Source: Antedon mediterranea
Lineage: Eukaryota; Animalia; Echinodermata
NCBI RefSeq assembly: GCF_964355755.1
Contig: NC_092676.1
Location: forward strand, 29,344,871-29,408,870
Reading direction: 5' to 3'
DNA: 64,000 nt
In this document: piece after piece, positions 11,056 through 22,199 of the stretch
Layout: each line of letters starts with the position of its first letter
Numbering within the stretch: the stretch's first letter is position 1
Program-made: the position numbers and the translations under genes
Notes under the pieces: model-generated
The model's input: the letters and a program-made list of their open reading frames with translations, nothing else
Told to the model about the DNA's origin: nothing
Database searches by the model: none

Positions 11056-14000
11056 TCAGTGGCAGATTCTCTCAGTAAGGTCCTTCTGCAATTAAAATTA
11101 CATTTTCATTTAAAAAAAACCCAATTTGTACCACTTACTGCAAAACCAGAATTAAAAGAACGGCCATTTTTGCAACATAAAAAACTAAAGTACATGTAAA
11201 TACTATAACAAAATCGTGTCAATTCATCATGGGCACAACCTTGGTAACAGTAACAAGATCGCATTGTGGGCTTAGCGGCATGAAACTTTAGCGAATTTCA
11301 ATCACTCGCAAAAGTTTAATGTGTATAAAAGTTTAGTACTAGGCTTATGTATCAAGGTATGGAGTGTGGCTATATTTGTTGAGCATTGGAATTTACTTGG
11401 TCATACAGCATAATATTGGTATGATACAAAGTGTTATTATACGTACCAATGGCTCTAGCTCCTTTCTGTCTACCAGTTTGAACTCAACAATGAAGTAGTA
11501 ATAATGCTTGTAACATGTGTTGATATGTGCCTCCTGTAGGAAACAAAGAAATTAGTGAATGTATATAAGTGGTTCTTAGCCCCTAAGACCAGTGGTTCTT
11601 AGCCTCTAAGACCAGTGGTTCTTAGCTTCCAAGGCACTTTTTAAATGTTAACTAAGATCTACCTACAAGGTGAGAGTGCCAAGTGAATGAATGATGTCCA
11701 GACACATTTTATTGCTGGTTAAATTTGTTTGTTGATATATGGTTTTGAGGCGCTTTGTTGCCATAGAAATGAAATAAAAATAAGGACAGTGATTCTTAGC
11801 CTCAAACTAAGCCCAGACAGTTCTTATCAGATCAATATATACATTAACTCAATTTGCTTCTATACAGTAGTACCCTATTTCAGCTTGATGGGTCATACTG
11901 GTATAATAAAGACATTGGAAAATACTTACAGCGCCGATTGTGGTGAGAGTATCAAAATGGTGTATGTACACATGTACAAAAACACGGAATAGACGAGATA
12001 GGATCTTCTTGCAGGTTGGTAAAAACTTATCTGGGAAAGGAACATCTATGAGCAAAAAAAAAAAATATAAATATTTTATAGGTTTATCCAGTTTAGTTAC
12101 CATGAAATTAATATTTTATAATTCTGGTTATATGAGCTGAAAACTAATGAGTCTTATCTGAACTTTCATATCTGAATATTAACTTATTATTTTTAACATA
12201 AATATTACTATACAACTTCCTTGTTGAATTATTATATACATGAGTAAGCCTACTTTACTCGCATAAAAAAACCAGGCTGATATTTATGATTTTACTATAA
12301 TAATTGTAGATATTTCAATTAACATTTTAAAATCATGAAACATAGTGGAACTCCTCCTTTCAAATGACACCCTATGAAGTGGACACTTTCCCATAGAAAG
12401 AATGAGGGTCAATACCGGTATATTTTTAAAAAAATAAATGCAATTGCAAAATCTTAACATCTTATTTTAATCTTATAGGAATTCATGTATGTTATTCATT
12501 TTATGTAAGTATTTCTATGTGGAGAGCCTCTCGAAGGTTCTTTTTATTTATAACTTTTAGGTGATCCTGCCTCATTGATTTATTTTTGTACTGTTTTTAT
12601 GTCTTACTTTGTACTGTATTTGAAATTTGGCGAAATTAAATAAATGATATGATAAATACAGTAGTAGAGGAGGCAGTTTGTTAGCTCACAAATGTGTCCC
12701 CCTAATAGGGGTTTATCTACTGTATAATGATTAACAAATTGTTATTAAAGCAAGAGTTGTTTATATTAGACTTAGCCAGGGACTAATATGTAATAAATCA
12801 TGCATTATTACAACCATCATAACAGCTGACATGCATAAACGATGATTTGCTATTTAAATGTGGAAACACAGGAAGAACATACTGTAATCATCTTTTTATA
12901 GTTAGCTAGCTAATTATGTTCTTATGATCCACATATAAATTAAAAGGAAGCATTATGTGAATTGAAGCTATGGCATGTTACTAAAAAGGGTGTGGTAACC
13001 TGCTAAGTATGTACTTAGATATCTTGCATTCTTGTTTTATTTGTTGTTTTATATTTATCTTATTTGCTTGAATAGATAATAAATACAGATTTGAAGAGTT
13101 ATCTAAAATAGCAGATAAGACTAAGAGGAGATATATAATATCCAAATTTAGGATAGAGTCTGATTAATACTCTCCTACTTTTATTATTTTATATTTCATA
13201 CCTATCAAACCAATTACAAGATTTCATAATTTATCGTGCTTATAAACTAAGCCTAATTTGAGTGAGTTACAACCTTAGCACTTTGTTAGAATTGAACCCT
13301 GGACCTTGGGATTGGAAGGCAACCCTAACCCTAACCACCAAGCTACAGTTCCACTACAGCATGTTAACCCCCAGGGTTCATACATACAAAACGCCAGTGT
13401 TTAATCTTCTATTAACTAAAAGTCGTGGTTAGTCATGTTTTGGGTCACATTCTATAGTCACTGTACAGATAGGCTGCGACATCAGTACTTCTATGAATGG
13501 ATGGCTAGTTGGTGACAAGAACACTAGTTGGTCATACCCAGTGCCGTTTTGATTTTACGATCATTCAGGAAACCACCTCATGACGTCACATTCTATAGTC
13601 ACTGTACAGATAGGCTGCCTTACCTTACTGTATTGTAGCTGTAGTGGAACTGTAGCTTGGTGGTTAACATGCTTGCCTTCCAATCCCAAGGTCCAGGGTT
13701 CAATTCTAACAAAGTGCCAATATCAGTACTTCTATGAATGGATGGCTAGTTGGTGACAAGAACGCCAGTTGGTCATACCCAGTACCGTTTTGATTTTACT
13801 ATCATTCGGGAAACCACCTCACGAAGTGTGTGTAAACTTACCAGGATCTACAGGGAATACATTCTCATCATTGATTATCATCTCAATCCAATCCATCAGG
13901 TTTGCTATGTATTTGTTGGCTGGGAGTTTGGTTGGTTTCTTGTATTTATTGCCATCACACCACATATACTCATATCTAAATAAACAACAGCATTCATTTA

Positions 14001-17000
14001 TTGCCATACAAATACAGTAAAATAGTCCAATGTCTAACACCGAACAAAATAAGATGATCATAAGATGCATCATTTCTTTGTGTACAGTAGCTATTTTTTG
14101 GCTCCTTTTAACATATTGTACTGTTTATATGATGTGAATAAAGTTGAAAGGTTAATTGAAGAATCTGGGACGAAAATGTGGTCATAACTAATTTAGACAT
14201 ACGCAATGGGTATACAGTATACAGGCACAGATTTAGGCGGGGGATAAACAGGTGTCGGCCCACTAAAATTTAACATAACAAAATCCTAGATCCTACCCCT
14301 GGTGGAATAACATTGTTATATAATGCAAGATTACATCAAAAGAAATTCTTATAATGACCTCTAATTTAATGAATTTATAAACATAGCATTTTGATTATTA
14401 TGATAATACTTCATATACATTACTCATTAACAAAAGGCCAACAAAAAGGAGTTCAAAATCAAACATTAATGCTGGTTTACATAAATGTATACTCCAAATC
14501 ACTTGATTTGAAATTAATCTGTATTCATTTGTTGTATCATGGCAGAAATATAATTTATTCCTCCATTGATTTTAACACTCTTTTAAGCTCTGTCTACACT
14601 ATCAAACTAGTTTGACAAAAAGTGTGATGTGCCCAAATATTATGGTATTCATATGACATCATAATGTCTATGGTATTCATATGACATCATAATGTCTATA
14701 TATAAGCACATTACATTTTGTTGCCACATACAGTTTGATAGTGTAGACAGAGCTTAACAGTAAAACTAAAAGGAAGTTTAAATAATTTATTTACTTAAAA
14801 AGTGCTGGGTTTTGTGAAAAGGACCAAACCCAAGAAAACAGCCACACAATGCAATTTCTGTATGAATATCAATGCATGAATGCTTTTCTATTTAACATCA
14901 TAACATCATTGTAAAGTGCAGTACATGTCTGCATAGAGATATATCATATCAAAGAAATATTATATTTCTATGACGTCTGTGTATTTTCACATATCAGACA
15001 AAAATCAACATGGCTTCTATCCAAAATTGAATTTACATTATTTTTATTTATGTGAATTAGTTTGACTTACTTTGGGCCTCCAGACATTATAGGGCACGAC
15101 TCGTCTGTGCAGTAGTCACATATCGTACCATATATCAGATTAATACGGTTAAAGAAATCAACAACTGAAAACAAAAACACTCAAGAAATTATTTTGAGAA
15201 TAAAAATTGTTTGCTACAAAGCCTGCCGCATACACATGTAACTGTAAATTGGTCTTTGCATACTGGGATGTTGTAAAGCAAGTCATTAAAAAATGCTCTC
15301 TGCTGAAGTCATAAATAATTATTAAGAGAAATTAGAGAAATATTTAAATTTATTTTATTTATAAATCAAATATTTTTTTTTTAATGCTTCTGCTGCTGTT
15401 ATTTATAGCGATATCTCCATGATATAGACATTTTTTAATGAAGAATGCCATATTTTTAAACCCAGCGATGAATTGAATCAGTACTTACCATGCACAGCCA
15501 TCCAGTCATTAAAATCTTCCTCTGCTGGTAGAGCTACACAGCTCTTTAGGTCTAGACCTGAATTCAACGAAGCCTCTGCCTTCTTGTGAAGCTCATATCG
15601 CATAGTACCTTGCTGGAACTTTTTCTTTGGCCTAAATGTCTAATATAAAAATAAATAATTAAATTAAAATAAAAAAAATGTGGACCAAATATATAAAAAG
15701 TGTGGTACTGAGTGTAAGGTACAGTATTTTATCGGTTTATAAGGATTATATTGCTTTCTAGTTCCACTTTTTTAGTGTAGCAAAGGTAGCATACAAATAA
15801 TTACCAAAATTAATTTACTTTGCTATAAATTGTGACCTCATTAGATTTTTGACAACCAGCAAAGGTTGCTCAGGTTGTTATCTAGTACTATAAAGTAAAT
15901 TTTTATCCCTGATGATACTTAATATTTATTCAAAAAGACATTCTTTTATGTATTGTCTGTCAATATCATAATCTTGTATTTTATGGCAGCATATGTTGAT
16001 AGCGACCCTGGTCTGAAGGTGATAAACTAGATAAAATTACACCTATTATTAAACCAGATAGGAAAACGGAAGACATAGACTAGCTTGTACCATTTCCCTT
16101 TTACTTCCTGTTTAAAATTGATGCTACAGTACAGGTACAGAAAATTACTTTGAACATGGCCCACAGGAACTCCTTCCAGGTATATTATAAATCCTGTATA
16201 TTCCACATTCATGTCTCATCACCTAAAACAACTACTGTACAGTAACTAAGAAATTTAGATATTACTATAGTACTAGTTCTAGCCAACGAAAAAAAAAAAA
16301 ATACTGTAGTACTGTTAAAAAATTACATTTAGTTTTCATTCATATACTGACAGTACTGTACCTAAGAAATTTAGATATCAGTAGTAGTACTCCTACTGTA
16401 AAACTAGAAACTTACTGAATATATTTTCACTAATAATATCCTCTCTAGGTCATCTATACAGTAATGTACAAGGTTTAATTGGAGTTACAGTATGAACTAA
16501 CTACAACGGTGGATTTGACAGACTCTCCTCCACTCTGGTGGAAGTTGAGTCGGTGGAAGTGGAATCGGTGACATGTGCTGGTGCATTTATTTTTTATTCC
16601 TGGGCTTACTGTATTCCTTAGAATTGTATCTGGTTTAAAATTGATATGGTTTTTAAATGAATAAAAAACCGTTTGTGAGCGTGTGCCATCGATGTAAAGG
16701 TGTATTCAGGTTTATAATATTTTGTGGTTTGGAAACAGGACATGTATAACAGTGTTTTCTATCGAATTAAAATGGATTTTCAAAATTCAAAACCAATTTA
16801 AAGCACAGTATGAAAAGAAAATGTATTATACCATTTATTATACCATGGCTGCATGTTTTTTTATTATATAAACCTGAATAAATAAATAAATAATACATAA
16901 TTAGAACCAAGCATTAATGTTAGGTCGAATAAAAGGCCAATGACCTTTGACCTGGATTTCACCTGAAACCGGCCCGAATTAGTAAAGGAAGTGTTCAAAT

Positions 17001-20000
17001 ATGGTACTGTAGCTTATACCAGGATGTTAAAACTACCATCATATTGTAGTATGTTATGTGATTGTAGTTTATAAAACCTTAAAATGTCAAAAATTACAGT
17101 AATGGAAAAAATAAATTAATTTAAAATTTAGTGAACTTAAAATAATCAATGTTTAAGATTAATATACTAAAACAATACAAATACAGGAACATGTAGTATA
17201 CTGTAGTAGAACAAATATTTAAGTTTAAACTTAAAGTTCAAAGCCTGTAAATGGTTATTTTTTACTTTACTAATACTTTGTCAACATATTTATCAACCTG
17301 TAATCACGATATAAATATTAATTAAACAAATATATGCCAGGCTAAGTTACACTATCATTAGATGGGTACTATCAACTACCAAATGACATACACATATTTG
17401 ACAGTGCTGTTTTACCAAATATTTTAGTTTAAAGGGTGGAGCTGTGAAGCTACAGTACAGGACAGAATTATTGCAAAAATCCCAACGCATTCAACACGTT
17501 GTCGTTGCGTTGTGTTTGCGTTGCGTTGAACGGCTTTCAACGTTTAGTTGTTTATTCAACGAAAGTCATTATCAGCATGTCAAGTAAACAATTAGTTATT
17601 TCAACGCTAGCTGCTGCAGCACTAGACTGGCCGATTGCACCGTTGCACGCCTGAACGATCAGTAACAACAACAGGCAAAATACCTATCGGCAGTCACTAC
17701 CAGATATTTTAATATAAATAAAATATATATGAAGCTTAGATATATTTTTAAGTATTGAACGGACAGTTACCAAATAAAACACACAGTGATATTTCCCAGT
17801 GTTTAGTGAAGGAAAACATCGAATAATAAGGTCGATGCCAAGTCTAACAGTTAACACTGTACTGTAGGCCTTCCGGGGGAAAACACGATCTCACGTCGTA
17901 AAATCAAACAACGTGGAAATTACTGACATCAACACATGAGGCCGCCACCCTGGTTTCCTCAAGAAAAACACCACGTGTGTTATGACGTATTTAACGATCG
18001 TTAATGACGACGAAGTAATTAATTTTATTTAGGCCTACATTTTTTAGCTGTTCGAGATTCAAGAGTTAAGTTAAAATATTGTTTCTCTATTTTGGTTTTT
18101 ATTTTATAATTGTCCCATTGTTTGTTGTAATGTAATTTGAAAGAACTAAAAAATTTGACGTGTCCGACACCCATGAACCAATTTAAATCTTTATAAATCG
18201 AACAACATTACATTTTTAAGTACAAAAAGCGTTTTGAATACGTTAACAATAGAGCGTGTTGAATGTATTGAACCCGTTGACCGTTCCTTGACGACGTTAA
18301 ACAATTGAATCCCATAGCGTTGAACGCGTTGAAAACGTTGCGCGTTTTGAAAAGCATCACGCTGTAAACTGATTAAAATGTTGGCTGTTCGCTCGCATAT
18401 TCTCGCAACTCCCATCCCATTCATACAGTTTCAGGAGGAGGCCAATATAATTATATTAAGAAACAAAACAATAGTATGTTAAAGAGAAAACGCCTAAACC
18501 TCGCCTGTAATAATATATTGTCTTGCATCAGAATAAAGTGGTTCTTTATTCTGAATTGTTTGGTTATTCAAATATTTGTGGGTTACACCTTGGCGTGAAT
18601 AATATGGTATGGCACAGGTTTTGATTTTAAAGAAAACGCCTAACATTGCCTATTGTCATCAAATTGGTCATTCCTATTTCTTGGTTATTATATTTAACGC
18701 TTTTCTCTGCATGGGTTACGTTAGGCATCACAATAATTAATTTATAATATAATACATGATAATGATATATTTATGGATAATAATAAAACTAAACGATTTT
18801 TTCCCTTTTAATTACGCGTTATTTCATAATGAATGAACTCTTCACCTTTCGATCAGTTCGTCCCTCACGTCACGAAAAGCATGCGTGAAAAAGACGACGA
18901 CCATGCTGGATCGTTATGTTGGTGGTGTATTGTTGCCTTCCATGGCGGCGGGTGTAGGCTACGTTGTTTTTATAAATAATCGAGAAAAATGTAGTACAGT
19001 ACTGCGAAGTTTTTAGTTTGGAAATAATTAATTACGATGTGACCTAGCCTCCAAGATTCACCGCCGCCTTAACTTTGGTATTTAATACTCCAGTTAATAT
19101 AGGCACACAGTAATTGAGGACATGACCACTACTTTTAACTGCGATGGCAGACGCGGCTCATATACACACGGGGCCTACTCGTTAGTAGTAGGCCTAGCCT
19201 AGTGTAATATATTAAGCTAGGTTTCCGCGGAAAAATACACATTATGTTTGTTTTCTTAAATATTTGTAATACTGTATTTTATACTATTACTACTACTACT
19301 AATACACACTGGCAATCTGTAAATACCATACGAATCCGATTGTTCGTTATTTCAACGCAAACTCAACGCAACACATTGTGTTGGTTGAATAAACAGTTCA
19401 ACGAACTCAACACTTTCAACGCCAACGGACAACGCAGTTTCAACGCGTTGTCAACACTTTAACAATGCGTTGAATGCGTTCAAAATCTGCAATAATTCTG
19501 TCCGGTACTGTAAGTAAAGGAATACCAGAAACTTTGGTAAAGACTAACTGGTCTATTGGTACAAACAATTTATAGGCCCTTTGTATTTGTAGGCCCTAGT
19601 CTATATAAGACAAAAATACAGTGCGCTGTAAATACTAAAATTGTCCTTTTCTTGTGGTTTATAAATTAATTTGTGAATAAAAATAATTTCTGTACAGTCC
19701 GGATTGACATTAATTGATGCCATGATGGATGAACAATTCTGGGCGCTACTGCAGTTTTGCACCACACTATTATATCTTCGATTTCTCACCTACATTTTTT
19801 CTCACACTCGCATCATACAATTTTGGGCCATTATGTAATATGTTCACATGATTAAGCCACCGTTAAATTACATTTATCAATATAAAAAATGCCTTTCAAA
19901 ACAGCTCCTTTTCCGCGAATACTTCGATCGAACTGTGGCCATTTTAGAATCAGAAAATTGCCAGAAATCAATGTATGTTTTATTTATGATTTTATTTTTA

Positions 20001-21049
20001 AACTGCAGTGTGGTTTTATAAAAAGAACCTGCTGTACATATCAAAACGGCAACGATATAAGTCCGTACATATAACATTTTCTTTTTTTAGCAATTGACAG
20101 TTTTAAAAATCATAAACCATATTTTAATTTCAATATGTAAAACACATATCTAAAATCATCATCATCATAGCAAATATTGTTATCTGTATTAAAAAATGAT
20201 TTGTTTTTGTTTTAGTGAATGTATTGATTAGTGACCGAGATAATTTTCTTTGATACAGGCCCTATTTATTAATATGAATAATAATAGTAGTAATGAAATA
20301 TTAATTTAACCTCTATTACGCCAGTTAAAAGTAAATACATGTTTAAATCGGATTTTATAACCTTCTATAGTTTCTAATATTTTTTGGGAAAATGAAGCAT
20401 ACATTCTGGCAATTAATTGTTAAATATAACATGGCGAACATTTCGCAGTGTGTTTACAGCGAGTTCAGTATCGTTTAAAATGTTTTGAAAACTATTGTTA
20501 TTTAAAAAAAATTACTTCGTAAGTGGTCGAATCGTATAAACATGTTATATAATATTATGTTGTGAGTGTGAAAAAGGAAAGTTTAGGTGAGAAATTGATG
20601 ATATGACTTGAGGTGCAAAACTGCAGTAGCGCCTAATTCTGAGGCTAAAATGTTTTATTCAATTATTTTATTTATTTACCTAATTTATAGGCCAACTAAT
20701 GTAGTGTAAATGAAATAGTGATGAAATACTAAATATACATTAACATTTCCCTAAAAATTGGGTGGTGAAATAAGTATTAAGTACTGGTTTAGATACAGCT
20801 AAGTTAGGCCTCCTCTCTTCCTGTTGACAAAGCCTCATTCGTTGATGAACTCTCGCGACACAAATCGATATTTATTACTGGTAGCCTAGCTTTCTAGACT
20901 GTGGTGATTACCTATTTTGACAACAGAAAATCTTTCAAATGAATGGTATATTGCATTCCCCTTTTTCACAAAAGTGTAGCTAAATAATATCTTATTGTAT
21001 TTGAATAATCCCTTACCTTTTCCTTTGAGAAGAATTTACCGAAATCCAT
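11056..21049 (-). CDS. MOB3: MOB kinase activator 3 (214 aa)
   Basis: Exons 21049-21017, 15639-15489, 15164-15071, 13975-13842, 12045-11930, 11533-11447, 11085-11056; all GT-AG and phase-consistent (645 nt). Translation [19 protein letters not shown]...[15 protein letters not shown]...[20 protein letters not shown]...[18 protein letters not shown]...[12 protein letters not shown]...[14 protein letters not shown] matches MOB3-subfamily signatures. Confidence 0.96.
12480..12655 (+). repeat. Dispersed repeat, probably a LINE 3' end; second copy at about 23880-24045
   Basis: Both copies share gtggagagcctctc...ttttaggtgatcctgcc...ttgtactgtatttgaaatttggcgaaat...aaatgatatgat. Confidence 0.55.
13235..13360 (-). 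mobile_element. tRNA-derived SINE fragment; inverted head copy at 13639-13717, further relative at about 40500-40650
   Basis: tRNA-like head tagcttggtggtta...gccttccaatcccaaggtccagggttcaattc; body shared with the 40540-40650 copy. Confidence 0.65.
14583..14757. mobile_element. MITE family A, full length, TTAA at both ends
   Basis: ttaagctctgtctacactatcaaac ... gtttgatagtgtagacagagcttaa. Confidence 0.85.
17453..19510. mobile_element. Non-autonomous Tc1/mariner (pogo-like) DNA transposon in MOB3 intron 1
   Basis: TA|CAGTACAGGACAGAATTATTGCA ... TGCAATAATTCTGTCCGGTACTG|TA: 23-bp TIR with one mismatch and a TA target duplication; CAACG/CGTTG-rich subterminal regions; no transposase ORF. Confidence 0.85.
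19742..20633. mobile_element. Non-autonomous Merlin-like DNA transposon
   Basis: Perfect TIR GGCGCTACTGCAGTTTTGCACC / GGTGCAAAACTGCAGTAGCGCC with imperfect inward extension; 8-bp TSD caattctg/taattctg; GG..CC termini. Confidence 0.8.
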
Positions 21050-21795
21050 GATTTACTTTGTGTATATTTCGTTTATTTTTTCCGTCGCGCTATGAAACCA
21101 ACTGATGGTAAACTTCCTTGAAAATTGTTATATTGAGGGCGCTAAACAAGTTTTGATAAAGTATGGAACGCCATCAGCTACAAAGTTCAATTAACATTTG
21201 GATGCAGAAAATATTAATTATTTTACCTTCATTGTCTTTATTAAACAACAATCTAAAATGACAATGAAAAAATACAATGAACTACACCTTAAAAATATAA
21301 TCAAACATTATAAAAAATATTGTGGAATAAATTTATGTTAAATAGAGGTCCATATTAAATATAAAAAATTACAGTAAAAAAAGTGAGCAAAACTATTATG
21401 ACAAAAAACTTATCTAAAAAATAGTCTTACAATATATAAATTATGTGGATTAACATATGAAATATTTTATTACAAATTTGTGAACCATCAAGATTTAATT
21501 ATAAACATCTTGCTTTCAGTATCAAATGGAATGTTAAAGCAAGCATAATTCAATTTAATTTATTAATCTTTACATAATATACAAAAATACTGTCACATAA
21601 AGGTGAAAAACATCAAGTAAAAAACAGTATTATAACACTATAACAAACAATGGAAGAATAATAAATAATTATTTCAAAAGAGTAATACAAATTATTACTT
21701 GTGTATACAAAATCCCAAATGGATTAAATGGAATGTTTTGATATTATTTAATAAGTTTTGTTAAGCATGACAACTATATTTACAATGTTAATATA

Positions 21796-21925
21796 AGTTT
21801 AGTGAGGACGATCAAAGCATATTGATCGAAACGTCGAGAAACTCAACAGTTCTTTTCAGAACTAACTTACGTGGTGTACCGCAAACTTATATCAACATTT
21901 GATTTCGCAATGCAAACCTTCAAAC
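21796..21925 (+). ncRNA. Degenerate type I hammerhead ribozyme in a Penelope-like terminal repeat fragment
   Basis: GTGAGGA-C-GATCAA-agcata-TTGATC-GAAA-CG-TC; core C3 is replaced by G; second copy at 30752. Confidence 0.6.
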
Positions 21926-22199
21926 AATATAATATTTACAATATTTCTTCTTTTTATTCAGATTAGACATAAATGATTGAAAATAGTGGAAATAGGTTTT
22001 TAGTATTCAAAAAGGAGTGGAAGGCAGCATCAGCTCTAGAGAATGGAGAGAGAGTTGGTTGAGGTGAAACAGGTAACAGATCAGACAGTTAATATACTTT
22101 ATCTCACATAACAAAACATAAAATATTAACAAAAGGTGGAGTGAACAACTATAAACAAAAGTGCTTTAATTTTTAATGTTTAAAAAAAACAAAAATCTT

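Noticed and set aside
11010-11058. Stop-codon readthrough of MOB3 (TGA GGA GGA ... TAG)
   Set aside because: The stop matches the conserved MOB3 C-terminus and lacks a leaky TGA-C context.
13476-13590. C/D snoRNA-like sequence on the minus strand (terminal stem, CTGA, 11 nt complementary to a recalled 28S segment)
   Set aside because: Box C is non-consensus (ATGAGGT), the putative guide is not adjacent to box D, and the stem is absent from the duplicate copy. An Infernal/snoscan run would settle it.
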